From NCBI GenBank assembly GCA_040954595.2, contig CM082591.2, positions 4,805,009 through 4,869,008 on the forward strand: a stretch of 64,000 bases of DNA, read 5' to 3'. Shown here one piece after another: positions 26,501-41,500 of this stretch (positions are counted from its first letter, which is position 1; every line of letters starts with the position of its first letter). A model generated the notes under the pieces. That model was not told the origin of the DNA. It was given only the letters and a program-made list of their open reading frames with translations, and did not search any database. The position numbers and the translations under genes are program-made. This DNA comes from Balanoglossus misakiensis (Eukaryota; Animalia; Hemichordata).

Positions 26501-29500
26501 AGTCAGCCTCTCAAAGCAGTGACCTTCACGCGGGCGTGGCATCCCGCGCCATTGATGGCGACAAAAGTTCGTATTGGGAAGCAGGAAGCTGTACGCACAC
26601 ACAGCATGTGTTTACCGCCTGGTGGAAGGTCGACCTCCTGAAGTCGTATCGCATCATCAGAATTCACTTAAGAAACATGGACGATGTTTGCTGTCGTGAG
26701 TACATTTTTTTACCCATCTTATATCGTTAAAGGGACAAAGTCTCTCTCATGCTGCCCTTTTCCAATTAATTATGTTTGATACAAGAACCCGTTTATGTTA
26801 TTCTACATGTGGATATATAGTGAATCAACGTTCGACTACACACAACTTCCATCCTGTTTGTAGGGTATGAGAGTGAAAATCTCGCCAAAATGAATAAATG
26901 GTAAACACTGATTATTCATTTTGGCGAGTTTTTTCACTCTCGTGTCTGCAAGTGGGATGTAAGTTGTGTGGTTGACCGTTGATTCACTATATATCCACAT
27001 GTAGAATAACATAAGTGGTGTCTTGTATCAAACATAATTAATTTAAAACGGGTAGTGAGAGAGAGACTTTGTCCCTTTAATTTTGAGATCTGGCTTGCAA
27101 TGATTAGTATACCACATGTTGGGGCCAGATTTGTTAGTAGGTAGTGTCCATAGCACTGGTTCAAGCTGTTCACATGATTTCTACCCCCTGCTACACATTT
27201 CAGGCGATCGTTTAATTGGCGCCGTCGTCCGCGTCGGAAACGACGAAGACCATCTGAAAAATTCGGTCTGTGGGGAGCCCGTCGGTTTCCACTGTGATGG
27301 CGAGGTCGTTATCAACTGTGAAGGTCGACGTCTAGGGAAATATGTCAGCGTGGAGTTACCACTCGACCGTCAAGACCCGGTACCGCTTAATCTCTGCGAG
27401 GTTGAAGTTTACGGACAGGGTAAGGACAATTTTGCTTGGCTTGAAGGATGGCGCCAATTTCTGGTCCTAGTGAATTCTGCATATTTGGCAGAATACTTAA
27501 CTTGCTTTGTCAGGCACCGATGCAATGACCACAGTCAAACCTGTGTTAGTGGCCACCTCTACATAGTGGCCACTTTGTTACAGTCCCTGTGCAAACTACA
27601 CGTGCTTTAATTGACCTGTATATAAAGGACACCTCCACTCCGACATTCGAAATTTCATTTTTGAACACCCTTCTGAAATGTGAAGTTGATTTTTTATAAC
27701 AATTCGACACAAATTATGGTGTCGAAGACTTGCACATTGTCGTAATTCTAGGTACCTAAACCCTCATTTACCGTCTCTTCTTTTCTTAGATCTTGACGGC
27801 TGTTCAGACAATACAATTGGTGACAGTGAACAGCGATGCTGTCCAGGGTACGAGATGAAGGATGGTCAGTGTTCGGGTATGTTTGTACACACACAGTCTT
27901 TATTTTTATCTCTGAATGGAATATTTAAGGATGAAACCTTTGTGCTCTCTTATGCTCTCCACATAAATGCGGGTATGTTGGGCCTTACTGAATATGTATA
28001 TCTGTCTACCACTTTATATATATATCACTACAGCTACGATACGTACAGGTTTAAAATGGACACAAGGAGGCCGCCATTTTGATTACATTATCGTTGATTA
28101 CGAGAAACCATGGTTGTTATGCATCACAGATCCTACTCGAAAATAGGTTTCCATGAAGAGGGAATCTTCTTCTGACAAATAAAGTTGAAATTTAAGTTCC
28201 AAGTGATTATTTCAGATCACTTCAAACACCCGAATTCGACCAAACACGCTAAATCGCGCGAGAACTTACGAGATTTTGTAAATCAAACTGGGGATGTCGA
28301 CATTTTTCTGTTTCTACTCCGTCAGAATCATGATAACATTAAAGCATCAGAAAAATTGGCCAAGTATTTTAGTTGGTTATTTATCTTGTATATGAGCACT
28401 TATTTTTTTTTCTTTCAGATATTGACGAATGCCTGGTCTTCAACAACTTCTGTGAACATACATGCGTAAACACCCCTGGATCATTCTACTGCGACTGTCA
28501 CGTGGGATACAGGTTACTTCCGGATAGACGACAGTGCCTACGTAAGCAATACAGGGGACCAGTGTGCATGTGTGCGTGCGTGCGTGTGTCCGAACTTTTA
28601 ATGCCTTTAACGTCTTGCCACTTTATTTTTTTCCTGAATTTTCACGCACGTCTAAATCACTTGAATGAAAATCGATTCAGTTAGAATTGGCGAAACGTTG
28701 CCTTGGCCTGTAGATTGCATGTTGCAAGTTAACAAATGCCATATTTTTTTTAAATGCATATCGATAATTTACTAACGTGATACAAGAACAATACTGCGGT
28801 TTTCATGTTATATTTTGTATTGTATTATTAGCATTTTTATTCGCGTTTTAGGCACTCCCAATTTTAAAGCATTTATGCTAACTATGAAGACCCATTTAGA
28901 GGCGGCGCTGTTTTGTGAACAACACAACATGGTTCTGATGAAGGATGATAGCGAAGAGAAACACGAAGAGTTGGAGGCCTATATTTCCGAAAAGGAGACG
29001 GGAGGGCCTCCCTACTGGTTCGACGCAAGAGCTTACACCAGCGACTATGTGGAAACAAGCGACGGTACCTCTGTCAGGCCGTTTTTGTTCGCTCCGGGCG
29101 AGCCTAATGGAAATGGTCCATGTCTGATGCAACAATGGTGAGCGATCGCATTTATGCTTGCACTAAATTGTACAAACAGAAACACTCAACTCCATGCTTT
29201 GAATGAGAGAAAATTCCTCCTTTTAACGTAAGGTTCTGCTTTAAAAGCAGTGCAGTGTTGTTATTTTCCGTACCTGATGGAAAGGCAATGGCAACGGTAA
29301 AAAAACCCAGCAAAATATGATTATTATCGGTACTTTCCGAATGATATCAATAGCGGCAACTTGTGTAAATAAAAACGAAATTAATATGGCGATTGTAATT
29401 CTTGCCACCAACCGGTTCATTTGTAAAATCCACATTCAAGAAGGACTAAAATCAATGGCAGATGTGAATCCTGAAGCAATTAGTGTAGTCGCTCAATCAA

Positions 29501-32500
29501 TACATGCTCGTTTTTCAATGCCTTTACTGTTTAACTTTGCTGGGGGAAGGATTTGAATTTTCAAGCGGCAGAATCTTATCAATATCAGTTATTTAACTTG
29601 TGGCAAACTGTAATCTTGATAAAAACGTTTCATTGTAAGCAGGTGCTGTTTCAAGTTTTCAGCAAATACACTGATATTGTTGATAAAACTTATGGCAGAC
29701 AAATAGAACACCAACAAGATTCTCTTCATTTTAAAGAATTTCAACACCATGGCCATCAGTGGCATTTGATGGGTTAGATGATTACATCTTAACATGCAAA
29801 CCTTTTCTTGACATTATTAGCGAGGGATTCTTGCTAATCGTATTTTGACCATCACCAACAGGCACGGACAAGGAACTTATAAATGGGACGACGATGGCTG
29901 TCAAAAACAACATAATTTTATCTGTGAGAATACCAGTAAGTATAGTGACTGTATAAATAACGTGTTCCCGATTTAGTTATGAGTGGGTTGATTCGTCTTA
30001 TGCGCATGTGCCATACCAGTGACTCTGGTTACAAAAATTTTATACAGTCAACAATGCCATTAAGGCAGTGCGGTGTCCTAACAACAGACAAGATGGCGTC
30101 GATCATAATCTGTGTCGGAGATTAAAAAAAGAGACTGCAAATTGGGTGAAAAGAAGGGACAAAACTAAAGTCTACTTATACGGTGCGCAAGAAATATGGA
30201 AGGGAGCGAATGCAGCCCAATATTTGAATGCACCGAATGCAAAATTTGCAGAACATTTGGATCGGACGTCATGTTTGTATACACGAAATTTCGCACATGC
30301 GCATAAGACGACACCCGGCCTTTAAGGTTCCCCTTTTTTCTGTGATAGATACAACGAGATGCCCCGTTCGTCGAATGACAACTGCCTGTGACGAAATATG
30401 TCAGCACAGGATGGGACCACTCCTCTGCGACTGTTTGGGAGGTGACAGTCTATCCAATGGCGCATGCGCAGGTAGAGAAATTTCAGCCTTGTTTATTTTT
30501 CAAAGATCCTGAATTTTTGTAGGATTTTGATGCATCAAGGAATTATGCACTTGCTGAACGAAATGGTCTGTCATGTGCTGCTGTTGTGAGGCAATAAGAG
30601 TTGGAGTTTCGAAACATACTGGAGTTTGAAACGATCAAAATTAACACGGAAACGGTGATAAAGTGTGTCATGCATATCCCCTGCCTATTGTTTATAATTA
30701 TGTCCAAAAATTTTGTAAACATTTTGAGTGGCCATTTTGTGTATAGCACACATATTGTCGTCTCGAATGAATTTCTGATGGTTCACATAGACCTACTTTC
30801 TAAATGATGCAGACAAATTGTCAACATTAAACTGATATCGCTTAATTTCACAATGGCATTCGAACTATTTCAGATATCGTGACCTGTATGCCAGACGACA
30901 ATGTCGAAGGTTCGTGTGACAGCATTTGTGTGAACGAGACAAATGCCGATAGCTGCCACTGCACCTCGCGTCCCGGTGATGGCGGATGTGTGGGTAAGTT
31001 AGGGGGCCACTATCTGTAACTTCAGGCTGGATTTTCAGTATTTTTGTTTTATGTATCAAACACATTTTCTTGTTCCCTTCCCTAGAGTAACCCATCACGC
31101 CCAGCTCTCTGGTTGTCAACAAGTCATATGTATGTGTATCGACCATTGTTATTATTTACAAATGCATTTAAGTCCGGACTTGAATACAAATTTCACATAC
31201 TGCAAACCGTAACTGATTGTAATTTATTTGGGTGCCATGTTTGCAGTTTATTCGACAGAGTGTGGTTTTGATGAAGTTTTGGAGCTCAGGTCATCAGACA
31301 TCGGACTGATAACTTACAGACCGACGTCGAACTTACGGTGTGAGTGGTCAGTTAAAGTACCCCCAGGTATGTGATCTTTTTGCTCCGTCATCAAAGACGA
31401 ATCGAGTTTGCCAAATAGACCATTTTCCGAACACCACGAGATCTCGCGTGACTAGGGAGGACATTTTTATGTGACACAGGACAAAAACATGTTGGCCATT
31501 GTCAATAAAATGAACACAAGTTTAGTTACAATTTTTTAAACGGTTCACCCATTTGGCTACCAACCCATTTCTATGGTAATTAACCAAGTCACGGGAGATG
31601 TCGAAATCAGCGGAAAAGCCACCACTTTGTATTCTCGGTTTTAGGAGCAAAATGTGAGATGTATATACATTTATTTCTACTTCTGGGATACTTATGATAT
31701 TCTTCTAACTGAAACACCCAGGCGTTGGTTGTTGGTGCACATGCGCATAACTTTCACCACTAACTTTGGCAAATGCGTCATTTTTTTGCAGGCAAAGTCA
31801 TCGATGTTGTCATCCAGTATGATAATATGGTCGGAGACTGCCTGCAGTCGACGTGTGCTGTGGATTTCTTGGAAATTTCTGAGGCAAGGCAGGCAGAAGA
31901 TCAGATTGCTGTTGTGTGTGGAGACAATACAAAACCATCAGAGGTATTATTTATCTATGCTTATATTGTTGAGTTGAATGTATCAATTATGGAGTTTAGT
32001 CACAATAATTGTCATTTCGTGTTTGGATAACATTCGCCTCTCTGCCTGTGAACCTCGATATACTTATCAATTATGGCTACCTGAAATAGGTTTTCACTTC
32101 GTGCTAGGGGGTCAAATCGCATTATTATAACTGCATCCTGGGTAAAAGATCGACAACTCACTGTAGTGAGAGAGAGCAGAAATTATACGTTAACTCTCTT
32201 TCACAACTTCCTTTGGTCAAACATTTCTGTCTTTGTAGTTTGTATATTAAACTCATTAAACTTTCTTCAAAAGTTGTTATTTTTTCTGTTGCTAAGTATT
32301 TGACTTCGGTTTTGCTTAAAAAAATCCACGGACTGACGTGTTCATTACTTTCTTCCTAGATCGTGCACAGTAGTAGTTATGAAGTTTCGATTGTGTTCAT
32401 AAAGGATCCAGTCTACATCCAGAACTTGTTTCAGCTTGTGATAACACCAAGAGGTACTTTGCTTCTAATATATTTCTGCTTTACAACAAGTCTTATATCT

Positions 32501-35500
32501 AAAGTTCTTAGCCCAAACAAACAAACTGTGTCCTGTCGCCCGCCCTATACCTATTCTCACAAAAAAATCTCAGGAATTTCGAACTCAAATGTGATTTTAC
32601 ATGAAAATATGCCTCAAATCAGTTAAAACAACATGCTTTCTTTTATAGACATTTTACAGTGCCCCAACTCTATTGGACGAGGTGACATTGACTACGGCTA
32701 TATGATGAAACAAGGAGACTCCACCATGTTTATCGACAAATCGTTGAAACTTCCATGTGGCGGGAAAATCAAACAGTGGCAGTTCAACATCTCCTGGGCC
32801 GAAGAAGGGAGCTCAGTGCGCCTGCGCCCGGGTATTTATCGCGGGAGAGGTGGTTTAGACTTTGAGCTGATGGGACAAAATGATTTCACCCTGACCAATG
32901 TCGTGCCCGGTATGGTAACCCTCGATGTGGCGGACGAGGATGTCCTCACCTTCCAGCCAAATTCTTTTATAGGTAAATATTTACTTTGCCATCATTCTAG
33001 GTAGCCTGAAAAGGCATAGGCAGGTTGATGGAGACAGCTAAAGCTAGTGCTACACTCAATAAATCACGTTATGCCACCAGTTACCCAAGATATCATTTCT
33101 GGGGAAAAATAAATCACATATACCCTGACTTGGACATATATATGTAACAGCACATCAGTTCCATTTTAAATGTTTGGGTACATGGTTTTCCTGCTCTTTG
33201 AGACAAGCTATGTACAAAGTCAGCGATGTTAACAATTTGAGTGTAACGCGTTTTCTTATTGCAGGCCTGTTCTGTGAATCGCCCTGCTACGTTCTCGGTA
33301 CAACGGATGACTGTTATAATTGCCCCCAGTGTTCTGTGCACAACATGCTTACAGCCAGCGTGCCAGGGACACCTGTAGCCGGACAAGTGGTCAGTTTTAA
33401 CGAAGCTGGTGGCGCCTTGTCACTTCCCCTGATAGCAATGCTACAACCTTGTAAGTTGCAACTATAGTTGGGGATCTGTGTTCACCTTTGTGCTTGGCTA
33501 TGCAATTGTTTCCAATAGTCACAAATTCGTTTGGTTTCTCACGCCACCATTCTAAAAATAGTTGACCTGGCTTTTACTTCAGGCCTGTCTACCATGAGGC
33601 TGCGTCTGCGCAATAACGTTGTCAGAACTGGGGCATCCAGAATCCAGAAAGACAAAAATGTGACGTCACTGATGATATCGATCGCTTACAAGATCAAGTT
33701 TAACTTTAGAGAATATGAAAATTACAGTATTATGTATTATTTATTGTATCCCGGTCTGGGTCATGACAACCATGATTGGTGGGGCGTGACGCCACCGCCA
33801 TTGTAAGGAGTGTTGGTTGCCCAGACGGCAAATAGTGTATAGGTTTCAGGGCACATACACCATTCCACATACAGTGCATTTACATTCAGGAACATTGCCC
33901 AAATACAGAGATGGTTAATGGGCGAGATGTTTTTAATGTTGTAGACTGCGATTCTGAAGACTGTTCAGGGTGTGGATCGCCGAGAACGCTGCTGGACCCC
34001 ACTGGCTCCATATACACCACCAACTACCTGACGGGAGATACGAACTACTATGCGGAGACCTACTGCAAGTGGAACATCATTGCGCCCGTGGGACGATACA
34101 TCCACCTCAGCTTCGATACTTTCGACGTGCCCGGAGAGGCAAACGGCGACTGTCCGAGCTACGTTGCTTTGTACAACGGCTTGGCGGTGGATGACGGGAA
34201 CTCCATCGGAAAATTCTGCGGATCTCAAGTGCCATTGCTGGCTTCCGTTTCCAACGAGCTGACTGTTGTGTTTTCGTCAGATAAAACACACACTGCTGGA
34301 GTAGGATTTATGGCCACGTACTACACAACAAGTAGGTGGATATGGTCATCTTTTTAGAGCGAAACTTTAGTTGCTGAGCTCAGTTGGTGAAATCGTCACT
34401 GTAGAATGGTTTGCATAAGTCATCATCTAAGTAGTGGCGTTCATGGCAAGTCACCAGAAAACGACCTGATTGATTTGTCTTCACAAGAACTCAGCAGCTC
34501 TTGACTGTACAATCGTTGTATATCTATCACAGGTTGCCGAATGGGCGAATGCCAAGGACAGCCAAGCCACATGGATATGGACTGCGGATATTTGAAATCT
34601 TCTGGCTATCCCCACTCGTACCCGCTCGACGCCGACTGCAGTTGGAGCATCCAGGTGGGCGAGGATGACGTCATCCAGCTCGACTTCCTGCACTTCTATG
34701 TCGGCGCCGATGACGACAGCTCTGACTTCGTAAAGATCTACAACTCCCTGTCAGCCGACGAGTCCTTCCTGTTCACCACGCTTCGCGGTCGCCCGGCTGA
34801 ACTCCCAAGCATCATCTCCGCCTCGTCGAAGCTCTTCATAGAATTCCGAGGCACACTGGGGCCTGGAACCGGATTTTTGGCCAAGTATCAAGCCGTCACG
34901 TACCAACTCAAAGTGCCCCAGACATTGCCTGATGACTGGCGTAAGTAACTTATTATTGAAAAATAAGACATTGAACAATCTCATGGGTGGACCCAAAAAG
35001 TCATAGATAATTGTCATATTGGTGAATGTAAATGAAAGTAATCTCTCATACCATATAAGGAATATTATTGTTATTGATCAAATGGCAAGTATATTCTCAT
35101 GTTTTGTATCTTTCAAAGCGTGGGTTTTCCCATAAAATGACTCCCACTTTCTTTGTCGATATTAGCATATAGCTGCGATGACGGTTGGAAACAATTTGAC
35201 AAAAACTGTTACAAGTTCAAGAGAGAAGACGTTGGAATAACTTGGAACCAAGCAGAGGGTAAATGCCTTCGTGAGGGCGCTCACCTTGTCAGCATACTCG
35301 ACAGTGTGGAGTCAAATTGTATAACGTACTCATTGTCAAGGGATTGGTGGTATGGCGATACCAAAACATATATAGGTGAGTCCTTACGAATAGGCCTACT
35401 CTTATGCATTGTTGTGTTAATAGCCCTCAGGCTTATTTTTAAAAAAATGCAATAATCACACGTTGCAAACTCGGACATTTCTTTTAAGGGTTGTCCAAGT

Positions 35501-38500
35501 CACCAAACAACGGTAACCACATATGGACAGATGGAAATCCGATGAGTTATACAGACTGGTACGTACGCATGCGCAGGCATCTATAGTTTTTTCCGGGCAG
35601 TTGTTCTTAACTCTAACAGCGAAAGATTCGACTTTTAATAGTTAAGGTGGCTTTAAGCTACTCGTATACATGTACAGGTATAGCTGTATGTAGTACTCCA
35701 TTGTCATTCATAGCAATTTGGTTGGGAATTTGAGATTTGGCCAATCAAATATTTTCACTTGGGTGGCTATCAAAATTGGTACTAATAAAAATTTAAAAGC
35801 ATAATGCCTAAACTTCTCTTTTCTTAGGGCAATGGCCAGGAGTAAAGATGACGCATACAGCCAACCAGATGGTGCAAGATTTGAGGCGTGTACAATGATC
35901 GACTTGGCCGATTTCCACCGCACCGATCAGTGGCATGATATCTCATGCATATCAAATACGGTGCAGCAATTTATATGTAAAAAGGCTGCAGTGTACGATG
36001 GGGAAGAGGTCGAAATTTATGACGGCATATCAGAGTATAGTAAGTGCAACTTGATAAGCATTTAAATGGTGGGCGCGTATGGGTGCCACACGACACATAC
36101 GCTATACCAAGTCAACGTAGGTTTAAATTGTAACTGCTACAATGTACGTCATTGCAATCAGTGTATTCATACATTGTATCACATATTCTAGTTACTATGT
36201 AGAACATTGGTTACTTTTAGTATGGCCAGACACTCCCTGAACAATGGGAACAATGCAGACGGTGTATTTATAAACAAAAAGGCGCACCTGTGCAGTTCAA
36301 ACGACACCCCCGCGCTTATGTAAGCCTAGGAGTGAGCGTTCGCAATGTCTGGATCTGCTAGCTTGGACACTCTCGTGCTTCACTTTCAAACGTTTAAGTC
36401 TAACTTTCTCCGTCGTCTTTCCAGATTGCAGCGATCCCTCGTGGGGAAGATACGCTGACACGTGTTTTAAACCTTACCAAACCAACAATGCTTCGGAGAG
36501 GACTTGTCTAAACTTCGGGGGAGTGTTCAAGGGAATCTCTCGCCAAGAACTGCAAGCAGTCTCCTATTATTTAAAGCACGCCTGGTCTTTCAACGGGAAC
36601 GGTTACATTCTTGTCGAGAGAAACGTGGACTTAGACAGCGCTGTTGCTGAAATGATCGGCGATGACTGCGTTGCTAACTTGCACGGTAACAGGTCTGGGT
36701 GTTACATCGGTCGATTTGCACTCAACTACACTCAAGACAGCGAGCTGTCCAAAAATTGCCTGGGAATCGATACGTCTGATTGGTCAGTGGGAATTTTGGA
36801 TTGCGAGGACCAGATGAGTTACGAAATGTGCGTGAACCCGGCGTCAGGTGAGATAAAAATTTGCATACGCTAGTGAACTTTCAATGTTATGTACCCTACA
36901 AACTGGGCATGTAAATGTGACATATGGTATTGGAATGTATGGATTTGTAGACAACATTATTGATCGATTTTGCAATTTACTGTCATTAACAATCACGATA
37001 ATGCAGACACGAGCATGTTACGTATAATCCTCAGTATATACCAGGTGCAGCAATTCGCAGACTACACTCAAGCAAATGGCGCTAAAATACTTTTCCATTA
37101 TTTCTATTCCAGTGGCAACAAGAGCGTGTGGCTACGATAACTTTATGTGCAGCGACAACGAATGTATTAATCCTGCATACAGATGCGACGGAAGTGACGA
37201 CTGTATAGACGGCTCTGACGAAATCGGATGCAGTGAGTGAACATTACTATAATTACTAACGCGTTTCTAGAAAAGATGTACACACACGATATTTAATTTG
37301 AATTTGAGTCAAACTTCATTAGAATAGTTTTATACACGTATACTATTATTTGCAAGTTGAGCTAGAGATTTTCTCAATTGGGGCTATGATATGATAATCT
37401 GATATTTCCTCCTGCTTATTATTTCACTACAGGCATGAATGGAAACTGCCCAAGCAATTCCTTCAGTTGCGACAATGGAAGATGCATCTCCATGACACTG
37501 TATTGTGATTTAGTTGACCAGTGCGGTGACAACAGCGATGAAGCAAATTGTGGTATGTAGCTTTGAGGACCGCCATCTGGAATGGTCTGTTTTCTAAGGG
37601 CATCTCGCAATTATGCGTTTGTTACCACTACTTAATAGCTAATTTTTTTACTTTAGTGAAGTAGGATTCTGCATGACTTCTTTACAATTCATGAGTAAAT
37701 TGGCATTTGAAATAACCTAATGTTTGTTTTGTTCGTGTTGTTTTGGCAGTATATCCGAATTGTACAAGGGAACAATTTGAATGTGATAACCGTCAATGCA
37801 TCGAGGAGACAAGGAGGTGTGACCTGATTGAAGACTGCTTTGACGGCTCAGATGAAATGGAGTGTGGTATGCACGATTTATATATTTTCTAGTTTTCTCT
37901 AGTCGCATTTTGTTTTGCGTTGTCTTTAACTCCTATCCAACCAGTGTGAACTCATTCAATTCAATGTACCATCTAAATGTGATGAGATAAATTTACATGT
38001 TTGATTTTTCCCCCAGATGTTTGTAAGGGATTTATGTGTTATTACGTCAGCTGTATTCCTGACCATGCGCAGTGCGATGGCGAGCTTGACTGCGCGGGCA
38101 ATGAGCGGGAGGACGAGACAAGATGTAACAATGGACTGACTGGTACAGCAATCAGTTTATCTGGCTATGGTGTGGAATACGAGTGTCGCGCGGACCAACT
38201 GCTCTGTAAAAATGGCAACTGCATTGACCGGAAGTGGATGTGTATCCACGACTTTGATGCGTACGGGTACCAGCGAGGATGTCGTGACGTCACTCACCTC
38301 ATGAATTGCGGTATGTTTAGTCAACGAAAACGTTTCTGTCTACATTATGCCATTTTGTACTATGTTGAACATCAGCAGCAGACATCACTGACTATTACTA
38401 AGACAATGGCTAATTATTGTATTTCTTTGTCATTACAGAGTTATTCAGCTGTCCTCCGGACATGTTTAAGTGTCCTGATTCTTACTGCATCCCATTACAC

Positions 38501-41500
38501 CGTAGATGTGATGAAACATTTGACTGTCCCAATGGCGATGATGAGCGAGACTGTGGTAAGCGATGTTACAAAGTTAAAATTTCAGTATTTGTTTATTTAT
38601 CTGTAGTTATCTGTATTGATTTTTTTTTATTTGCGCTCATGAATTATTGTATATAGGAAACTACATCTGTCCTGGAAACTACCGCTGCCACGAGAAACAG
38701 AACTGTATACCAGCATCTCAAAGATGTGATGGAAGAAAGCAATGTTGGCATGGAGATGACGAACTATTATGTGGTGAGCTAATACAAATATTTTTGTCAG
38801 AGATATTTTCAGTGAATTGTGTTGTTTAACAAAATATACTTCCTGTCGTCAAGTGGTAATTCTATGATACTAATAACTAATTGCGTTTATGCAATATACT
38901 TTCAGACAGCGAATGCCCACTACATTGTGTGTGCCATGGCGCAGTAATTGACTGTGCATGTCAGTTGATAGATGTCGTCCCGCCAGTGCTTGGACACGCG
39001 ACCAGAAAATTGTGAGTACATGTATAGCTGAGAAAAGAAAAATACATCTAGTGCGTTTTAAAGGGATACTTCAGTCTACTAGTGGTCATGCGGAGACACA
39101 CTTCATTAGCACGGCAACATACATGGATTATTTTGATTGGCTCGATTTCCACTCTCCTTGGTGACTATATGTAAATTTGCATAATTAATTTGACACGTAT
39201 ACCTCTCTAATGTACTTTGACACTCTGTCGACAGAAATCTGACCGGAAATGCAATAGAACTCAGCGAATTCAACTCCAGTGCCTTTCCATTGCTTGGAGA
39301 ATTGTAAGTACACAATACCAACTCAGCTGCAGGCTCGAATATAAATTTATAAATATGGGCGCTATCATAACAAAGAGAACGGTCAAACCTGTGCTATTGA
39401 CAATAAGATGATAGACTTTCAATCCATTACATTCCTTGCTTGGTTTATAACGTTTTAAATTACTGTTTCAGGGACTTGTCAAATAATTCCATTAGCGAGA
39501 TTCAGTCAAGGGCGTTTGAATTCCTCACGAACCTGTATTTATTGTAAGTATATAACCTTATTTAGTACGGTAACAATTTTGCCTTCTTGGCACTTTTCAG
39601 CAATTTTAAATAACATTGTTTCTGTTAAGGTGTCTGTCTCTTGTCTCATTCCGCCCTTTTTGGTTTGCTTTCTAATAATCTGTTCATTCTTTCAGAAATC
39701 TTGAAGCGAATGAAATCAAGGTGATTCGACCGGAAACGTTTTATGGACTGCAGAGTCTTAGATTATTGTAAGTGTAAATATATTTATTTATTTAAATACC
39801 ATGAGGGCATAAGTTACTAAACGTTATTTTAGAAAATGCGTATTTGAATTTGTCTTTCTACATGTCGTTCCTCGTTTACATACATATATCTGGTTGTCAT
39901 TTTTTTCAGAATTTTGACTGGAAATGCGATCACCCGGATAAGAGACGGTGCATTTATGGGGCTGCCCAATCTTCACACGCTGTAAGTGGAAGAAGTGTTT
40001 TTCTGAATCATGTTAAACTAAATTCCTCGATAATTATTTATTTATTTAGGCTGTCATTTCACTAATTTCTACCAATCTTGGAATACAAGTGCATTTTTTA
40101 CAGTGTATACACTTCATTGTTTCTATTGTCATGCAAATAACGCTTGTGTGCAAGACACCCGGACCACCAGCTTGCAATTTCTTGCCGTGTCCCCTATAAC
40201 TACAGGAGTATAAATAACAGTCAGAAGCAAATTCGCACATGCGTGATTAAGGGACGCGAGGATATGAAGTCTTTTACAGTGACATGATGTAACACAGTGT
40301 TACTTTTTCTCACTTCTATATAGCCACCTGACAGGGAATCTATTTCAAGCGGAAAGCGCCAACGTGTTTCTACCTTTAGATGGATTAAATGAAATGTAAG
40401 TACGGTGGTTTCATCTTGTTATTTAAGTGAGGATACGGTGAAAGGGATTGATCAGAAATCTTTTGCATATATACATACATACATACACATGCGCGTAGCG
40501 TACGTGCATGCATGTATGTATGCATGTATGTATGCATGTATGTATGTATGTATGTATGTATGTATGTATGTATGTATGTATGCATACGAGCAAGAGTATG
40601 CACGCATGCACTATGACTATTCCTGTATACACTATAACTACATCCTTACATATAGTTATTTGACAATTTCAGGTATACTGATGCCTACAAATACTGCTGC
40701 ATGGCTCGAAAACACCACGAGTTGGCGCTCTGCACCCCGCCGTCCAATCCCTTCTCCTCTTGCGAAGACCTCATGGCCAATCACGGTCTACGGTGGTTTA
40801 TCTGGATACTGGGGCTGCTGGCTTTGATTGGCAACGCGTTCGTCATCATCTGGCGGATCAAACAGAAGGAGCTGACGAAAGTGCACACGTTCTTCATTTG
40901 GAATCTGGCTGTTGCTGACTTCTTGATGGGACTGTATCTGCTGATCATCGCCTCGGTGGACGTGCACTATCGCGGGGTCTACGTCGCCTACGACGAGTTA
41001 TGGAGGAACAGTCCGCTGTGCAGCTTCGCCGGTTTCCTCGCGACGTTATCGAGTGAGATGTCCGTGTTTTCCCTGACAATCATTACTCTGGATAGATTTC
41101 TCTTGATCGTCTTTCCGCTGAAGTTCATCCGCATCGGGACGAGAGCTGCCATCATCTCGGTCGTTACTGGCTGGATCTTAGTGTCGGTTGTCAGTTTTCT
41201 TCCCCTAGTTGGAATCCCCTACTTCGGTGAGAATTACTACGGCCGGTCTCCCGTCTGCCTGTCCCTGCACCTGACCAACGAACGCACACCCGGGTGGTTA
41301 TTCTCGGTGATGATTTTCATATTTCTGAACTTCCTGTCATTCGTCATCATCGCGATACTCTACGTGGCGATGTACTTGGCCATACGGCGGACAGCGAGAG
41401 CTACGGGCGTTCAGCTACGTCAGAAGACCAAAGAGACTACTAGAATCGCCAAACGGATGGCAATCATAGTCTTGACAGACTTCGTTTGCTGGGTGCCCAT

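Noticed and set aside
26934-27173. ORF similar to the N-terminal part of ORF 4171-4650 (LKGQSLSLT...MFDTRH)
   Set aside because: The similarity comes from the shared foldback MITE, not from a protein family.
40385-40632. ORFs with HTYI/MYVC repeats
   Set aside because: They are translations of the intronic (TGTA)n microsatellite.
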